Shown here piece by piece: positions 50,951-62,639 of a stretch of DNA of 64,000 nt. Under the pieces are notes generated by a model. It was not told the origin of the DNA, ran no database searches, and saw nothing but the letters and a program-made list of their open reading frames with translations. The stretch is from Piromyces finnis finn (Eukaryota; Fungi; Neocallimastigomycota), in the NCBI GenBank assembly GCA_002104945.1, contig MCFH01000060.1, positions 186,001 to 250,000 on the forward strand. Direction: 5' to 3'. The stretch's first letter is position 1. The number at the start of each line of letters is the position of its first letter. The translations under genes and the position numbers were made by a program.

Positions 50951-51490
50951 ATGGTTAAAGGTCGTCTTGCCATTATTGGTATTGACTTAGGTATGACTTA
51001 TTCGTGTATAAGAGTTTTTAGAAATGATCAAGTTAATATTATTCAAAATGAACATGGTTATCATATCACTCCATCATGTGTCGCTTTCGCAAATGAAGAA
51101 ACATTGATCGGTGAAACAGCTTTGTATAAAGCTATCATAAATACTAGGCAATACTATAGTTACCTTTGATAAAAATGGGTTTTTTAACGTTTCCGCATCT
51201 GAGAAAGGAACAAATATTTCAAATATTTATAAAAAAAAAAAAATTACAATTAATGAAAATAAAGGAAGATTATATCGAAATGAAATTAATCAAAGAATTG
51301 AAAAAGCAAAAAAAAAAAAAAAAAAATCAAGAAAATGATGAAAAAGAAAAAGAAAAAAAAAAACAACTTTTTTTCAATAAACTTGAAAGTTATGCCTATG
51401 ACCTTAAAAATGGCCTTTTGACTTCTTCTTCTACTTTATTTATGAATTTAAACAAGTTACAAAATTCTATTAATTCTATCATTCTCTGAA
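50951..51490 (+). pseudogene. Hsp70 pseudogene with large internal deletion
   Basis: The N-terminus reads [29 protein letters not shown] and then stops. A lid-start remnant (NKLESYAYDLKN) follows within about 300 bp, so most of the NBD and SBD is missing. Confidence 0.8.
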
Positions 51491-51776
51491 ATAAAAGAAA
51501 AATGAATTAATAAACTTTGAAACTCGTAACTATTTATAATTTAATGATGATAGCATCTAAATAAATTAGTTATTCATATAACCTTTTATTATCGAGTTAT
51601 TATTAATAGTAGTTATGATTGTTTATTGATTATTGATATTATTTTTTAATATATATATATAGAAAGATTCTTATTTTATATTATATTAATAGCAACAACA
51701 ACAACAACATAAAATTAATAAACATAATAATACTACTAATAATGATGATGAATAATTAAAGTAATAATAATAATAA

Positions 51777-52078
<302 letters not shown>

Positions 52079-52286
52079 ATTATAAAATAGTCGTAGTTTT
52101 AGGTTGCACTTTCCCTCGATTTTTTTATGTCCAAAAAAAAAAAGAAAAAAATATTTAAAAATTCGGCCATATCATTCTATTGGATATTGGATAATAAAAT
52201 TTAATTTATTTTTTTTTTAATAAATAAAATAAAATAAAATAAAATTTCATATTACTCTTTTTTATTCATTATACAATAATATTATT

Positions 52287-55200
52287 ATGACAAAAAAAAA
52301 CTTTGTTATTGGGATTGATATTGGAACTACTAAAATCTGTGTTGGTATTTGGGAAAATAATCATGTAGAAGTTATTGAAATATATTTTAACCGTTCAATG
52401 CCATCCTACGTATCATTTTGTGAAAATATACGATTATTTGGTAAAGAAGCTTTTGATAAAGCAAGAATAAAACCTGAAAATACTATTTATGGAGTTAAAA
52501 GATTTATAGGACGTTCATATGAAGAAATTCAAAATAAATTAAACTATTTAACTTTCAACGTCACTGAAGAAAATGGAAAACCTTATTTTAAAATAAATTA
52601 TAAAAATGAAGAAATGTTACTTACTCCAGATGAAATATATGTTATGCTTATTTCAAAAATAAAAAGTATTGTCGAAGATTATTTAAATAAAACTATAACT
52701 GATGCTGTTATCTCTGTTCCTGCTAATTTCAACGATTCTCAAAGGAGAGCAACTTTAGATGCTGGAAAATTGGCTGGTTTAAATGTTTTAAGAATTATTA
52801 ATGAACCTACTGCTGCTGCCATAAATTATGTTCTTAACAATAATACTAAAAATCAAAAAATATTAATTGCTGATCTTGGGGGTGGAACATTTGATGTTTC
52901 TATCATAGATATTCAAAATGGTAGCTCTTTTAAAGTCATGGCAACCGGAGGTGACACTCACTTGGGTGGTGAAGATCTGACAAATAACCTTGTTGGTTAT
53001 CTCATTGGAGAAATCAAAAGAGAATATCAAATTGATATTTCTACTAATCGAAAATCATTACTTAAATTAAGAAATGCATGTGAAAAGGCTAAATGTAATC
53101 TTACATCATTTAAAGACACTATTATTAATGTTGAAGATTTATTTCAAGAAGAACCTTTTGATTTTTCAAAAAAAATAACTCGTAGTGAATTTAAAGAACT
53201 GAATGTTTCATTATTTGATAGAATTAAAGAAATACTTGATCGGGTTGTTAAGGACTCCGGATTAAAAACAAGTGATGTTGATGAACTTGTTATTGTAGGT
53301 GGTTCAACTCGTATTCCGATAATTCAAGAAATAATATCATCCTACTTTAATGGAAAACCAATAAATAAAACAGTTAATTTAGATGAAGCCGTTGTTAATG
53401 GAGCCACAATACAAGCAGCCATTCTTTCTGGAAATGCCTTGGATAGCTTACAAGATTTTACCCTATCTGAAATTATTCCTTATTCTTTAAGTTTAAAAAT
53501 TAAAAATGGATATAAAAGTACAATTATTAAACGTAACTCTACCATTCCAACGGAAAATACGATACTTGATTCTTTTTATGTAAGAAATAATAATACTAGA
53601 TATAAAAAATTTGTATCATTTTTGATATATGAAAATGAAAATAAATATACAAAAGATAATTTATTAGATAAATATACTTTATCCTTTGATAATTACTATA
53701 GTAATAAACTAAAGGTTTACATTACCATATCAATAAATGAAAATGGAATTTACATGATAAAAATTGCGACAGAAAAGCTGAAGAACTCTATTAATTTAAA
53801 TATTAATTATGAGAGTTCCAGAAAAGCATTAAATGATAAGGATATAGACCAAATAAAATCAGATATGGAAATGTTTAAAAGAGATGAAATAAAGGAAAAG
53901 GAAAGAATAGAATCTATGAATAATTTAGAAAAACTTGTAAATAATGTGAAATCCATCCTCAGAAATAAGAAAAGTGCTGAAGAATGCATTACAAATTATA
54001 TATATTATATAATAAATATATGTAATTTAAAAATAGAATTTGTTAAAAATAATCAAAATATTAATGAAGAAGAAGATATAAAACATAAAAAAGAATTAAT
54101 GCATTATTTAAAATTAATTTGGTTACACTACAATGAACAATACATATATGAAAATAGTCTAGAATGTGTTGTCAACGATTTACGTAAGTATCTTATAACT
54201 GGTACAAATATTAATACAATTATATCAGATTATACAAGTTACCTTAAAAATTTATGTGATTCTACTATTGAATTTATTAGAGCAAATCAAAAAGTTGGTA
54301 AAGAAGAATATGAAAAATATAAAAAGGAATTAGAATTATATTCAACACCAATCAAAAATGAATACGATGTAAATCATGAAGAAAAGAAAAGAATAAAATC
54401 CATAATACACCTTGAAAATTATGCCAATTCAATACTAGATTTTCTACATGACGATGACGATGACGATGAAGGATTAAACGTACATTTATTAAACTATATA
54501 GAATATTTAAAGCATCTATGTAGTTCAGAGATTGAATTTGTTAAAAACAATTATAAAGTTAGTGAAAAAGAGTATGAAAACCATTTAATTAAATTTAAAC
54601 AAATTTCAATGCCATTTATACTATTTATACTGAAACATATTGAAAAGAAACATATAAAAAAAGAAAAGATGAATGATCTTAAAATACTTGCTAATACTAT
54701 AAATGACATACTAAAAAATAATGAATATACTAAACATTGTATTTTAAATTATGAAAAATATTTGGAGAAAATGTGTATTTCAATAATAAATAATATTAAA
54801 AGTAATCAGAGAATCAGTATAGAAGATTGTGAGACCTTTAAAAATAGATTAGAATATAATTTATATTCCATTGATAATGATTTAATTACAAACTATGCAA
54901 TACAATCTATGAATGAACTAAAAAATTTTGCTTATACTATAAAAAACTATTTTAAAAACGGACAACTAATTCCGGAAATTGTATCAAATCATATAAAATA
55001 TTTATATGAACTAATTAATTGTAATGATAGTATAGAAGACTATAATAGTAAATTAAAATGCCTTTCCCTGCCAATTATATTTAATTACCGTAAAATAAAA
55101 GAAATGGATGAATCTACAGAAGGCATTATAAATTCTTCAGACTGTATTGATAAGATTAATAATGTAAAAGACCCCCATACAGCTATATCAAATAATATTA

Positions 55201-55337
55201 AATATTTAATCTATTGGTCCAATTCAATAATTGAATATATTAATAAGCATCAAAATGTCAGTATAAAAATAAGTAAACATGAAATAGAGTGGTTAAAATA
55301 TTATTTTAGTCCGTTTGAAATAAGTAATAATAATTAA
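52287..55337 (+). CDS. Non-canonical Hsp70 (1016 aa): intact-looking ATPase domain, divergent SBD-beta, about 6 tandem lid-like helical repeats
   Basis: NBD motifs: GIDIGTT, VKRFIGR, AVISVPANFNDSQR.AT.DAG, RIINEPTAAA, DLGGGTFDVS, GGDTHLGGED, VGGSTRIP. The C-terminal ~480 aa has a recurring Y..YL...C.S.IEF...NQ unit. No EEVD. Intronless. Confidence 0.9.
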   Translation: MTKKNFVIGIDIGTTKICVGIWENNHVEVIEIYFNRSMPSYVSFCENIRLFGKEAFDKARIKPENTIYGVKRFIGRSYEEIQNKLNYLTFNVTEENGKPYFKINYKNEEMLLTPDEIYVMLISKIKSIVEDYLNKTITDAVISVPANFNDSQRRATLDAGKLAGLNVLRIINEPTAAAINYVLNNNTKNQKILIADLGGGTFDVSIIDIQNGSSFKVMATGGDTHLGGEDLTNNLVGYLIGEIKREYQIDISTNRKSLLKLRNACEKAKCNLTSFKDTIINVEDLFQEEPFDFSKKITRSEFKELNVSLFDRIKEILDRVVKDSGLKTSDVDELVIVGGSTRIPIIQEIISSYFNGKPINKTVNLDEAVVNGATIQAAILSGNALDSLQDFTLSEIIPYSLSLKIKNGYKSTIIKRNSTIPTENTILDSFYVRNNNTRYKKFVSFLIYENENKYTKDNLLDKYTLSFDNYYSNKLKVYITISINENGIYMIKIATEKLKNSINLNINYESSRKALNDKDIDQIKSDMEMFKRDEIKEKERIESMNNLEKLVNNVKSILRNKKSAEECITNYIYYIINICNLKIEFVKNNQNINEEEDIKHKKELMHYLKLIWLHYNEQYIYENSLECVVNDLRKYLITGTNINTIISDYTSYLKNLCDSTIEFIRANQKVGKEEYEKYKKELELYSTPIKNEYDVNHEEKKRIKSIIHLENYANSILDFLHDDDDDDEGLNVHLLNYIEYLKHLCSSEIEFVKNNYKVSEKEYENHLIKFKQISMPFILFILKHIEKKHIKKEKMNDLKILANTINDILKNNEYTKHCILNYEKYLEKMCISIINNIKSNQRISIEDCETFKNRLEYNLYSIDNDLITNYAIQSMNELKNFAYTIKNYFKNGQLIPEIVSNHIKYLYELINCNDSIEDYNSKLKCLSLPIIFNYRKIKEMDESTEGIINSSDCIDKINNVKDPHTAISNNIKYLIYWSNSIIEYINKHQNVSIKISKHEIEWLKYYFSPFEISNNN

Positions 55338-55569
55338 AAAGTGAAATAAAATAAATGATTATACAATATTAATAATAAAATAATAGTAACCGTAAAAACT
55401 CCATCCTTTATAATTATGATATAAAATTTTCATATAAATATATTATATATATTATATAGGACAAAAACTAAAGGTATCAAAAAAAAAGGAATATAAATCA
55501 ATTTTCAAAATGGAAAGATATGAAAATACTGACTTTTTTTTTTTTTATAGTTGAATTGTTTATAGGAAG

Positions 55570-55985
55570 AAATTATAATACGTTAATTCATGTAATGATA
55601 CTCTTCCTATACACAATTTGCTTTGTTAATATCTGCTCCAAGTTTAATTAAATATCTTACTACTTTCGAACAAAATGAATCACTATTTTTAATAACAATT
55701 TACTAATAATGGTGTATTGTCTTCATTATCTGGTATATTTATATCGGGACCATATTTCATTAAATAATCGAACATAACTCCTTTTTAATATTTATAAATT
55801 ATAAATATTGGTATTTCACCTTTATTATTTCTTTTATTTATTAAAGCACCATTTTCAATCAATATTGGTAAAAGTTCTTTATTACATGTATTATAGTATA
55901 ATTCGTGTAGTGGTGTATGACCATAATTATTAGTACAGTTAATATCACCATCGTCTCTAATTAATAAGTTTATAATGTAAATCAA
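55570..55985 (-). pseudogene. Ankyrin-repeat gene remnant
   Basis: GDINCTNNYGHTPLH, LIENGALINKRNNKGEIP, YGPDINIPDNEDNTPL and, after a frameshift, YLIKLGADINK. Interrupted by stops. Confidence 0.8.
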
Positions 55986-56021
55986 AATATTTTAATAGAA
56001 TAAAATAAAAAAATTAAAAAA

Positions 56022-56208
56022 TTAGAAAATGTCTTTATCTATTTAATAAAAAAGACATTAAAAACCGTTGACTAAGTCTTGATAAAAAAAAAAAAAAAAA
56101 GGTATATCCATTTTTATAATTAATTTTTTTTTTAATTTGTTTTTTTAATTTTTATTGGAAGATTAAATAAATATTAAAAAACTAGACATTTTTAAAAATA
56201 TTAATAAA
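56022..56208. repeat. Direct repeat flanking the second Hsp70 (partner 58567-58719)
   Basis: TTAGAAAATGTCTTTATCTATTTAATAAAAAAGACATTAAAAACC..TTGACTAAGTCTTGAT-A(n)-GGTATATCCATTTTTATAATTAA occurs at both sites, followed by ACTAGACATT. Confidence 0.88.
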
Positions 56209-56334
56209 TGGTTTTATATAAAATAAAAGTTTTCTTTTTTTTTTTTTCAAATTTCAAATTTAAACAATCTTTATAATAATAGCCTTTAAAACACAAAGTA
56301 TAATTAAATATTATTAAAAAAATAAATATATAGT

Positions 56335-58197
56335 ATGACAAAAAAAAATTTTGTTATTGGGATTGATTTTGGAACTACTGAAATCCGTGTTGGTATTTGG
56401 GAAAATAATCATGTAGAAGTTATTGAAATATATTTTAACCGTTCAATGCCATCCTACGTATCGTTTTGTGAAAATGTACGATTATTTGGTAAAGAAGCTT
56501 TTGATAAAGCAAGAATAAAACCTGAAAATACTATTTATGGAGTTAAAAGATTTATAGGACGTTCATTTGAAGAAATACAAAATAAATTAAACTATTTAAC
56601 TTTCAACGTCACTGAAGAAAATGGAAAACCTTATTTTAAAATAAATTATAAAAATGAAGAAATGTTACTTACTCCAGATGAAATATATGTTATGCTTATT
56701 TCAAAAATAAAAAGTATTGTCGAAGATTATTTAAATAAAACTATAACTGATGCTGTTATCTCTGTTCCTGCTAATTTCAACGATTCTCAAAGGAGAGCAA
56801 CTTTAGATGCTGGAAAATTGGCTGGTTTAAATGTTTTAAGAATTATTAATGAACCTACTGCTGCTGCCATAAATTATGTTCTTAACAATAATACTAAAAA
56901 TCAAAAAATATTAATTGCTGATCTTGGGGGTGGAACATTTGATGTTTCTATCATAGATATTCAAAATGGTAGCTCTTTTAAAGTCATGGCAACCGGAGGT
57001 GACACTCACTTGGGTGGTGAAGATCTGACAAATAACCTTGTTGGTTATCTCATTGAAGAAATCAAAAGAGAATATCAAATTGATATTTCTACTAATCGAA
57101 AATCATTACTTAAATTAAGAAATGCATGTGAAAAGGCTAAATGTAATCTTACATCATTTAAAGACACTATTATTAATGTTGAAGATTTATTTCAAGAAGA
57201 ACCTTTTGATTTTTCAAAAAAAATAACTCGTAGCGAATTTAAAGAACTGAATGCTTCATTATTTGATAGAATTAAAGAAATACTTGATCGGGTTGTTAAG
57301 GACTCCGGATTAAAAACAAGTGATGTTGATGAACTTGTTATTGTAGGTGGTTCAACTCGTATTCCGATAATTCAAGAAATAATATCATCCTACTTTAATG
57401 GAAAACCAATAAATAAAACAGTTAATTTAGATGAAGCCGTTGTTAATGGAGCCACAATACAAGCAGCCATTCTTTCTGGAAATGCCTTGGATAGCTTACA
57501 AAATTTTACCCTATCTGAAATTATTCCTTATTCTTTAAGTGTAAAAACTAAAAATGGATATAAAAGTACAATTATTAAACGTAACTCTACCATCCCAACT
57601 GTAATTTTTCTTTCTTGCTATGTTAATTATTTAGAAAATATTTTTTATATATCAATTAGAGTATATGAAAATGAAAATAAATTATTAGATAAATATATTT
57701 ATCACTTTGATAAATTTTATAAGGATAAAGTTACAATCATTATTAATATTGATGAAAACGGTATTTTAAATTTTTCATCTGTTAAAGAAATACCCTCTAA
57801 TTGTATAAATTTAAATTTTAGAGGGATATTGTGGGATGAAGAAAAAACCAGTATTCTACCAAAACTTGAAAATTTCAATAATGACGATAAAAATGAAAAA
57901 GAAAGAATGGAATTGATGAATAATTTAGAAAAACTTGTAAATATAAAAATAGATTTACTTGGAAATAATAGAAAAATGGAAGAATACTTTTCCTCTTATA
58001 TAAAATATTTAATAGGTATATGTAATTCAATAAAAGAATTTATAAAGGACAATCAAAAAGAAGGAAAAGATAAATATGAAGAAAAAAAAGAAGAATTAGA
58101 AAATGAATTATTTATAATTAACTATATAATCAATAAAGACTACAACAATACGAAAGTAAAAGATATAATTAAATCATTTAAAGATATGGGGATTTAA
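56335..58197 (+). CDS. Non-canonical Hsp70 (620 aa): NBD nearly identical to 52287 copy, different SBD, single lid
   Basis: Same NBD motifs as the long copy. The sequence diverges abruptly after IIKRNSTIPT. One lid unit (SYIKYLIGICNSIKEFIKDNQ). No EEVD. Confidence 0.9.
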   Translation: MTKKNFVIGIDFGTTEIRVGIWENNHVEVIEIYFNRSMPSYVSFCENVRLFGKEAFDKARIKPENTIYGVKRFIGRSFEEIQNKLNYLTFNVTEENGKPYFKINYKNEEMLLTPDEIYVMLISKIKSIVEDYLNKTITDAVISVPANFNDSQRRATLDAGKLAGLNVLRIINEPTAAAINYVLNNNTKNQKILIADLGGGTFDVSIIDIQNGSSFKVMATGGDTHLGGEDLTNNLVGYLIEEIKREYQIDISTNRKSLLKLRNACEKAKCNLTSFKDTIINVEDLFQEEPFDFSKKITRSEFKELNASLFDRIKEILDRVVKDSGLKTSDVDELVIVGGSTRIPIIQEIISSYFNGKPINKTVNLDEAVVNGATIQAAILSGNALDSLQNFTLSEIIPYSLSVKTKNGYKSTIIKRNSTIPTVIFLSCYVNYLENIFYISIRVYENENKLLDKYIYHFDKFYKDKVTIIINIDENGILNFSSVKEIPSNCINLNFRGILWDEEKTSILPKLENFNNDDKNEKERMELMNNLEKLVNIKIDLLGNNRKMEEYFSSYIKYLIGICNSIKEFIKDNQKEGKDKYEEKKEELENELFIINYIINKDYNNTKVKDIIKSFKDMGI

Positions 58198-58566
58198 ATT
58201 AATTAAAAATTAGAAATTATAATTTTATTTAATATTACAGTAAAGTACAAATGAAAACAACTAAAAATTAAAAAAAAATATATATATATATATAAAAACT
58301 TTTTTTATATAATATTTTTATCATTATATTTTAATTTTAATAATGATACTTATATTGATACTATCTTAATAAGAGTTAAACTAATAAATAGTTGTTTTTT
58401 ATTAATTATATAATTATTTAATAATTAAAATTATACTAAATACTTTTATGTCTAATATATCCAATGTATATATCAAATTTATATTTTCTTTTTTATTTAA
58501 TATTTTTATTAATAATAATTATTGTCCTATTCTTTAATATTTTACTTTTTTAAACTCTTTCCAAGG

Positions 58567-58719
58567 TTAGAAAATGTCTTTATCTATTTAATAAAAAAGA
58601 CATTAAAAACCATGTTGACTAAGTCTTGATAAAAAAAAAAAAAAAGGTATATCCATTTTTATAATTAAAATTAAAATAAATTTAAAATACTAGACATTAT
58701 TTTTAAAAATTTTAATAAA
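58567..58719. repeat. Second copy of the direct repeat flanking the 620-aa Hsp70
   Basis: See 56022-56208. Confidence 0.88.
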
Positions 58720-58912
58720 GATGATGTAAAATTGAATTTATACTTATATTAATAGAATAATGGAATAATAGATTTAAAAAAAAAAAAAGTAAAATTACAT
58801 AAACAATAATAGATTAATAGATTATATCAATATAATAATATAAAAAATGCTTTACTAAAATATTTAAAATTATTTGTTTTAGTTTTTAATGTATATATTA
58901 ATATAAAAGAAT

Positions 58913-59641
58913 TTATTTTTTTTCTATTTTAATGACTTGTCCAATATAAGTATCATGAAATTGTTCATATGGTATATTTTTCTTATCCAATTCTTCACGA
59001 AGTCTTTCTGGTCCACTATCAATAGGATTTAAAGCATTAAATAATACAGTGCCTATTATGATATGGAATTAAATAAAGACGCGATAATAATTTTTTTTAA
59101 AAAAAAAATAATAATGTATTTTCCGTTAATACGTTAATATAGTTGATTCATTTAATTTAAAAAAAGAAACCTGAAAAATAAAAAAAAAAAAAACATTATA
59201 AATAGTTTACCCCAATGCATAGCAATAGAATGTTTAGATTGGCAATCAATATGAATATCAACACCATCCTATTTTTTTAAAAAAAATAGATAATTTTTAA
59301 ATAAAAAATAATATGTTGTTAGTTTTTTTTTTCCTGATTTAGATAAAGTTAGTAAGTGAATAAAAGAAAAGGAGGGGGATTTTACCCTTGGATTAGAATG
59401 AACTGGACTCATCATATGTGGTGGTAAGGCAGGACTAATTGGAATAGATGCTAAATCAAATGGTCCATAAATATTACCAATTTGACGAAAGACTGGACAT
59501 GCCGGATAATTTTCAATTTCTTCTTCTGGACAATTATCTGGAAGAGAACGATATCCTGTATCACTGATAAAAAATAAAATAAAAATGGTGGAGGATTAAA
59601 ATAATAAAAATTACAATATTATTAATAATAACAATGACAAC

Positions 59642-59677
<36 letters not shown>

Positions 59678-60542
59678 GATAATGATAATAATATTAATAA
59701 TGGTAATAATATTAATAATGGTAATAATATTAATAATGGTAATAATATTAATAATGGTAATAATATTAATAATGGTAATAATAATGGTAATGATGATAGT
59801 AATAAATATAATAACTAATAATTATATTATTTAATTAAAAAAAAAAAGTGAATTACCCAGCAAAAAAATAGGAAACCTCGGGACTTTTAATAACCCATCC
59901 GACCCATAAAGTTTCATTAAAATCAAAACCAGTACGACCACTAAAATGTTGACTAGGTACTGCATTAATACTTAACTTACGATTAGATAAAGAAGTTAAT
60001 GCTTCATTAAGAGCATCTATATTATGAATATCGATAGTTTCATCAATACGAGTAATTTCATATTCATCCCACCAGTCACATTCAGTTACTTGATTTTCTG
60101 GAATACCAATACTGATAAACCACTTTTTCAAATCCAATGGACAAAATATATGAGTTTTATTTTTATTTTGTTGCTCAGCAAATATTTCTTTTATTGTTTT
60201 TTTATCTAAATGATCATAGCTTTTTTTTTATTATTATTATAAGTATTTCAAAAAAAAATAAAATAAAGTAAAAAATATTTCAATAATACATATCTTTTTT
60301 CTTTTTTTTTTTTTTTTTTTTATCTTCCTTTCTTCTTCTTATTATTAAATAATATATATATATATTAAATATGTTAATTTTTTTTATAATTAATTATCTA
60401 CATACTGACTATGACTAATAATTACAAAATCAATTGGTGGAAGTTCAGAAAAACTTTTAAAACCTCTTTCTTTACAACGATATGGTCCTGCAAATTTTAT
60501 AGGGGAAGCTCTAATATATAAAAAAATAAAAAAAAAAAGTAA

Positions 60543-60577
<35 letters not shown>

Positions 60578-61733
60578 ATATTTTTTATGAATTGAAATAA
60601 ATATAAAATTTTTTAATAATATTATAAAAAAAAAATTAAAACCTTCTTGATAAAAATGGATCGATTAAGACAGTAAATGAATTAACTAGGTAAATATTAA
60701 ATAATAATTTCATTATTAATTGTAAAAAAAAAAAAAAAAAAAAAAAATATATCTTTTAAAAGGAAGGGAGCTAAATAGATAACAATTTTTTTTTTGTAAT
60801 AATGTATACTTTGCAATAAAAAAGCAGCATGACCAAGCCATACTAATTGCATAGCAATATTTTTATCGTCTTGATGATAATTCGAAATTGCTTTAAGGTC
60901 TACATCTACTTTTAATTTTTCATGTTTTTCTTTTCCAGAGAAATAATTTTTCATATAACCTTTCATAATTCTTAATGAACCATATTCTTTAGAGGCTTCT
61001 CTTCTTGTAGCAGAAGGCCACTATTATATATCATTATAAAGATATAAAAATAAATAAAAGGATAATTATAATAATAATATCAAGTAAAATAATATTGAAA
61101 ATATTATTATTTTTAACTTTTTTACTTTTAATACTTTTTTGTCAAAATATTTATAAAAAAATTTTTTTTAACAAATTTTAAAATTCTTAAATTTTTAAAT
61201 TCTATGTTTATTTTTTTTTTTTTTCATTATTTTCCTTTTAGAGTTTATTATTATTAACATTATTCCATTTTTTTATTAAAAAAGAAATTGTGTCATTTTG
61301 TTGAAAATTTATACTTTTAAATTTGGCATTTCAATCATTTTAAATTTTAAATTAAAATTTTAAATATTTAATATGAATTTATTTATTTGTTATATAGTAT
61401 TCTTTCCCTTTTTCCTTCTCTCTCTTCTTCCTTTCTTTCTGTTTATATTATTTTGTTTCATTATTTTCAATTTCAATTTAATTGATAAAAAATATGTAAA
61501 AACTTTTAAAAATGCAAAGTAAATTCTTTTCTTTTTTTTTTTCATAAATTTGAAATTTGTAAAATAATAATAATAATAATAATAATGATAATAACATTTT
61601 ATTTTATATTTTGTAATTTTAGTCTATTGTATAAACTTACCGGATTAATATATTTTTTCCCCTCCTTTACTGAAGCACAACAAGTTTCTGGATTTTTTTG
61701 TCTTTCTGGTAACTTTTTAATGTAATTTATCAT
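58913..61733 (-). CDS. NAPEPLD: N-acyl-phosphatidylethanolamine phospholipase D-like metallo-beta-lactamase-fold hydrolase (multi-exon)
   Basis: The spliced product has WLGHAAFLLQ, VLIDPFLSRRASP..GP, ISHSHYDHLD (HxHxDH, split by an intron), ECDWWD, VPSQHFSGR, YFFAGDTGY, GPFDLASIPI, IAMHWGT. Start 61733, stop 58913-58915. Confidence 0.88.
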
Positions 61734-62639
61734 TTTTTTTTTTTTTTACTTTTTTTTATATATATACAAAATGTTGTTGTCTATTGCTTTTAATCGGATT
61801 TTTCTTTTTCTAATAAAAAAAAAAAAAAACTAGTAGTTTTTATTTTTAAAATGAAACCTTTTTTTTTTATTTTCTAATTTGTTTTTTTTTTTTTTTTTAC
61901 AATTAATTTAAATAAAATAATAAAATATAAATATTATTAAATGAAAATATCTCTTTTCAATCTTTATTATTTATTTTTATTTTAACTTTTTTTTCTTACT
62001 TTCTTTTTTTTCCTTCTTCTTCTTCTTCCACTTTTTTTTTTTTTTTAAATTGTTTGGTTTTTTTTTCCAAAAAACTTTCAACTAAAAAAAAAAAAACGGA
62101 AAAAAGGTGGAAATTTTTAAATTAAAAAACAAAATAATAATTAAAATTTTAAATTAATTTTTTTTGTATGCGGAATAATTTTTTTAAAAAAAAAAAAAAA
62201 GAAATGGAAAAAGTAGTAAAATGTTAATAAAAAAAAACAAAAAAATTGTTTTTTTGTTTTTAATAATAGAAAATGTTATAAAACTTTTATTATACACCAA
62301 AAAAAGTTTTTATTTTTCTAAAAAAAAAAAAAAAGTTAAACATTTAAATAAATTATATTTTTTATTTGTAATTGAAATGAATATTAGATTAGGAATACAA
62401 ATCAACTAGTTACTTTATTTTATTATAAAATTATGGTTTATAACTTTACAAATTATAGAAATAATTGTAAAAATAAAAATAATTACAATAAAAATAAACC
62501 ATTTTTTATACTTTTTATAAAACTTATATTAATAATTTAAAATTATATTTTACAAATAATACTAGTTAATTTTATGTATCTATGGATTAATATCTTATTA
62601 ATTAAAAAAACATATAAATAGAAATAGTTTTGAAAGATG

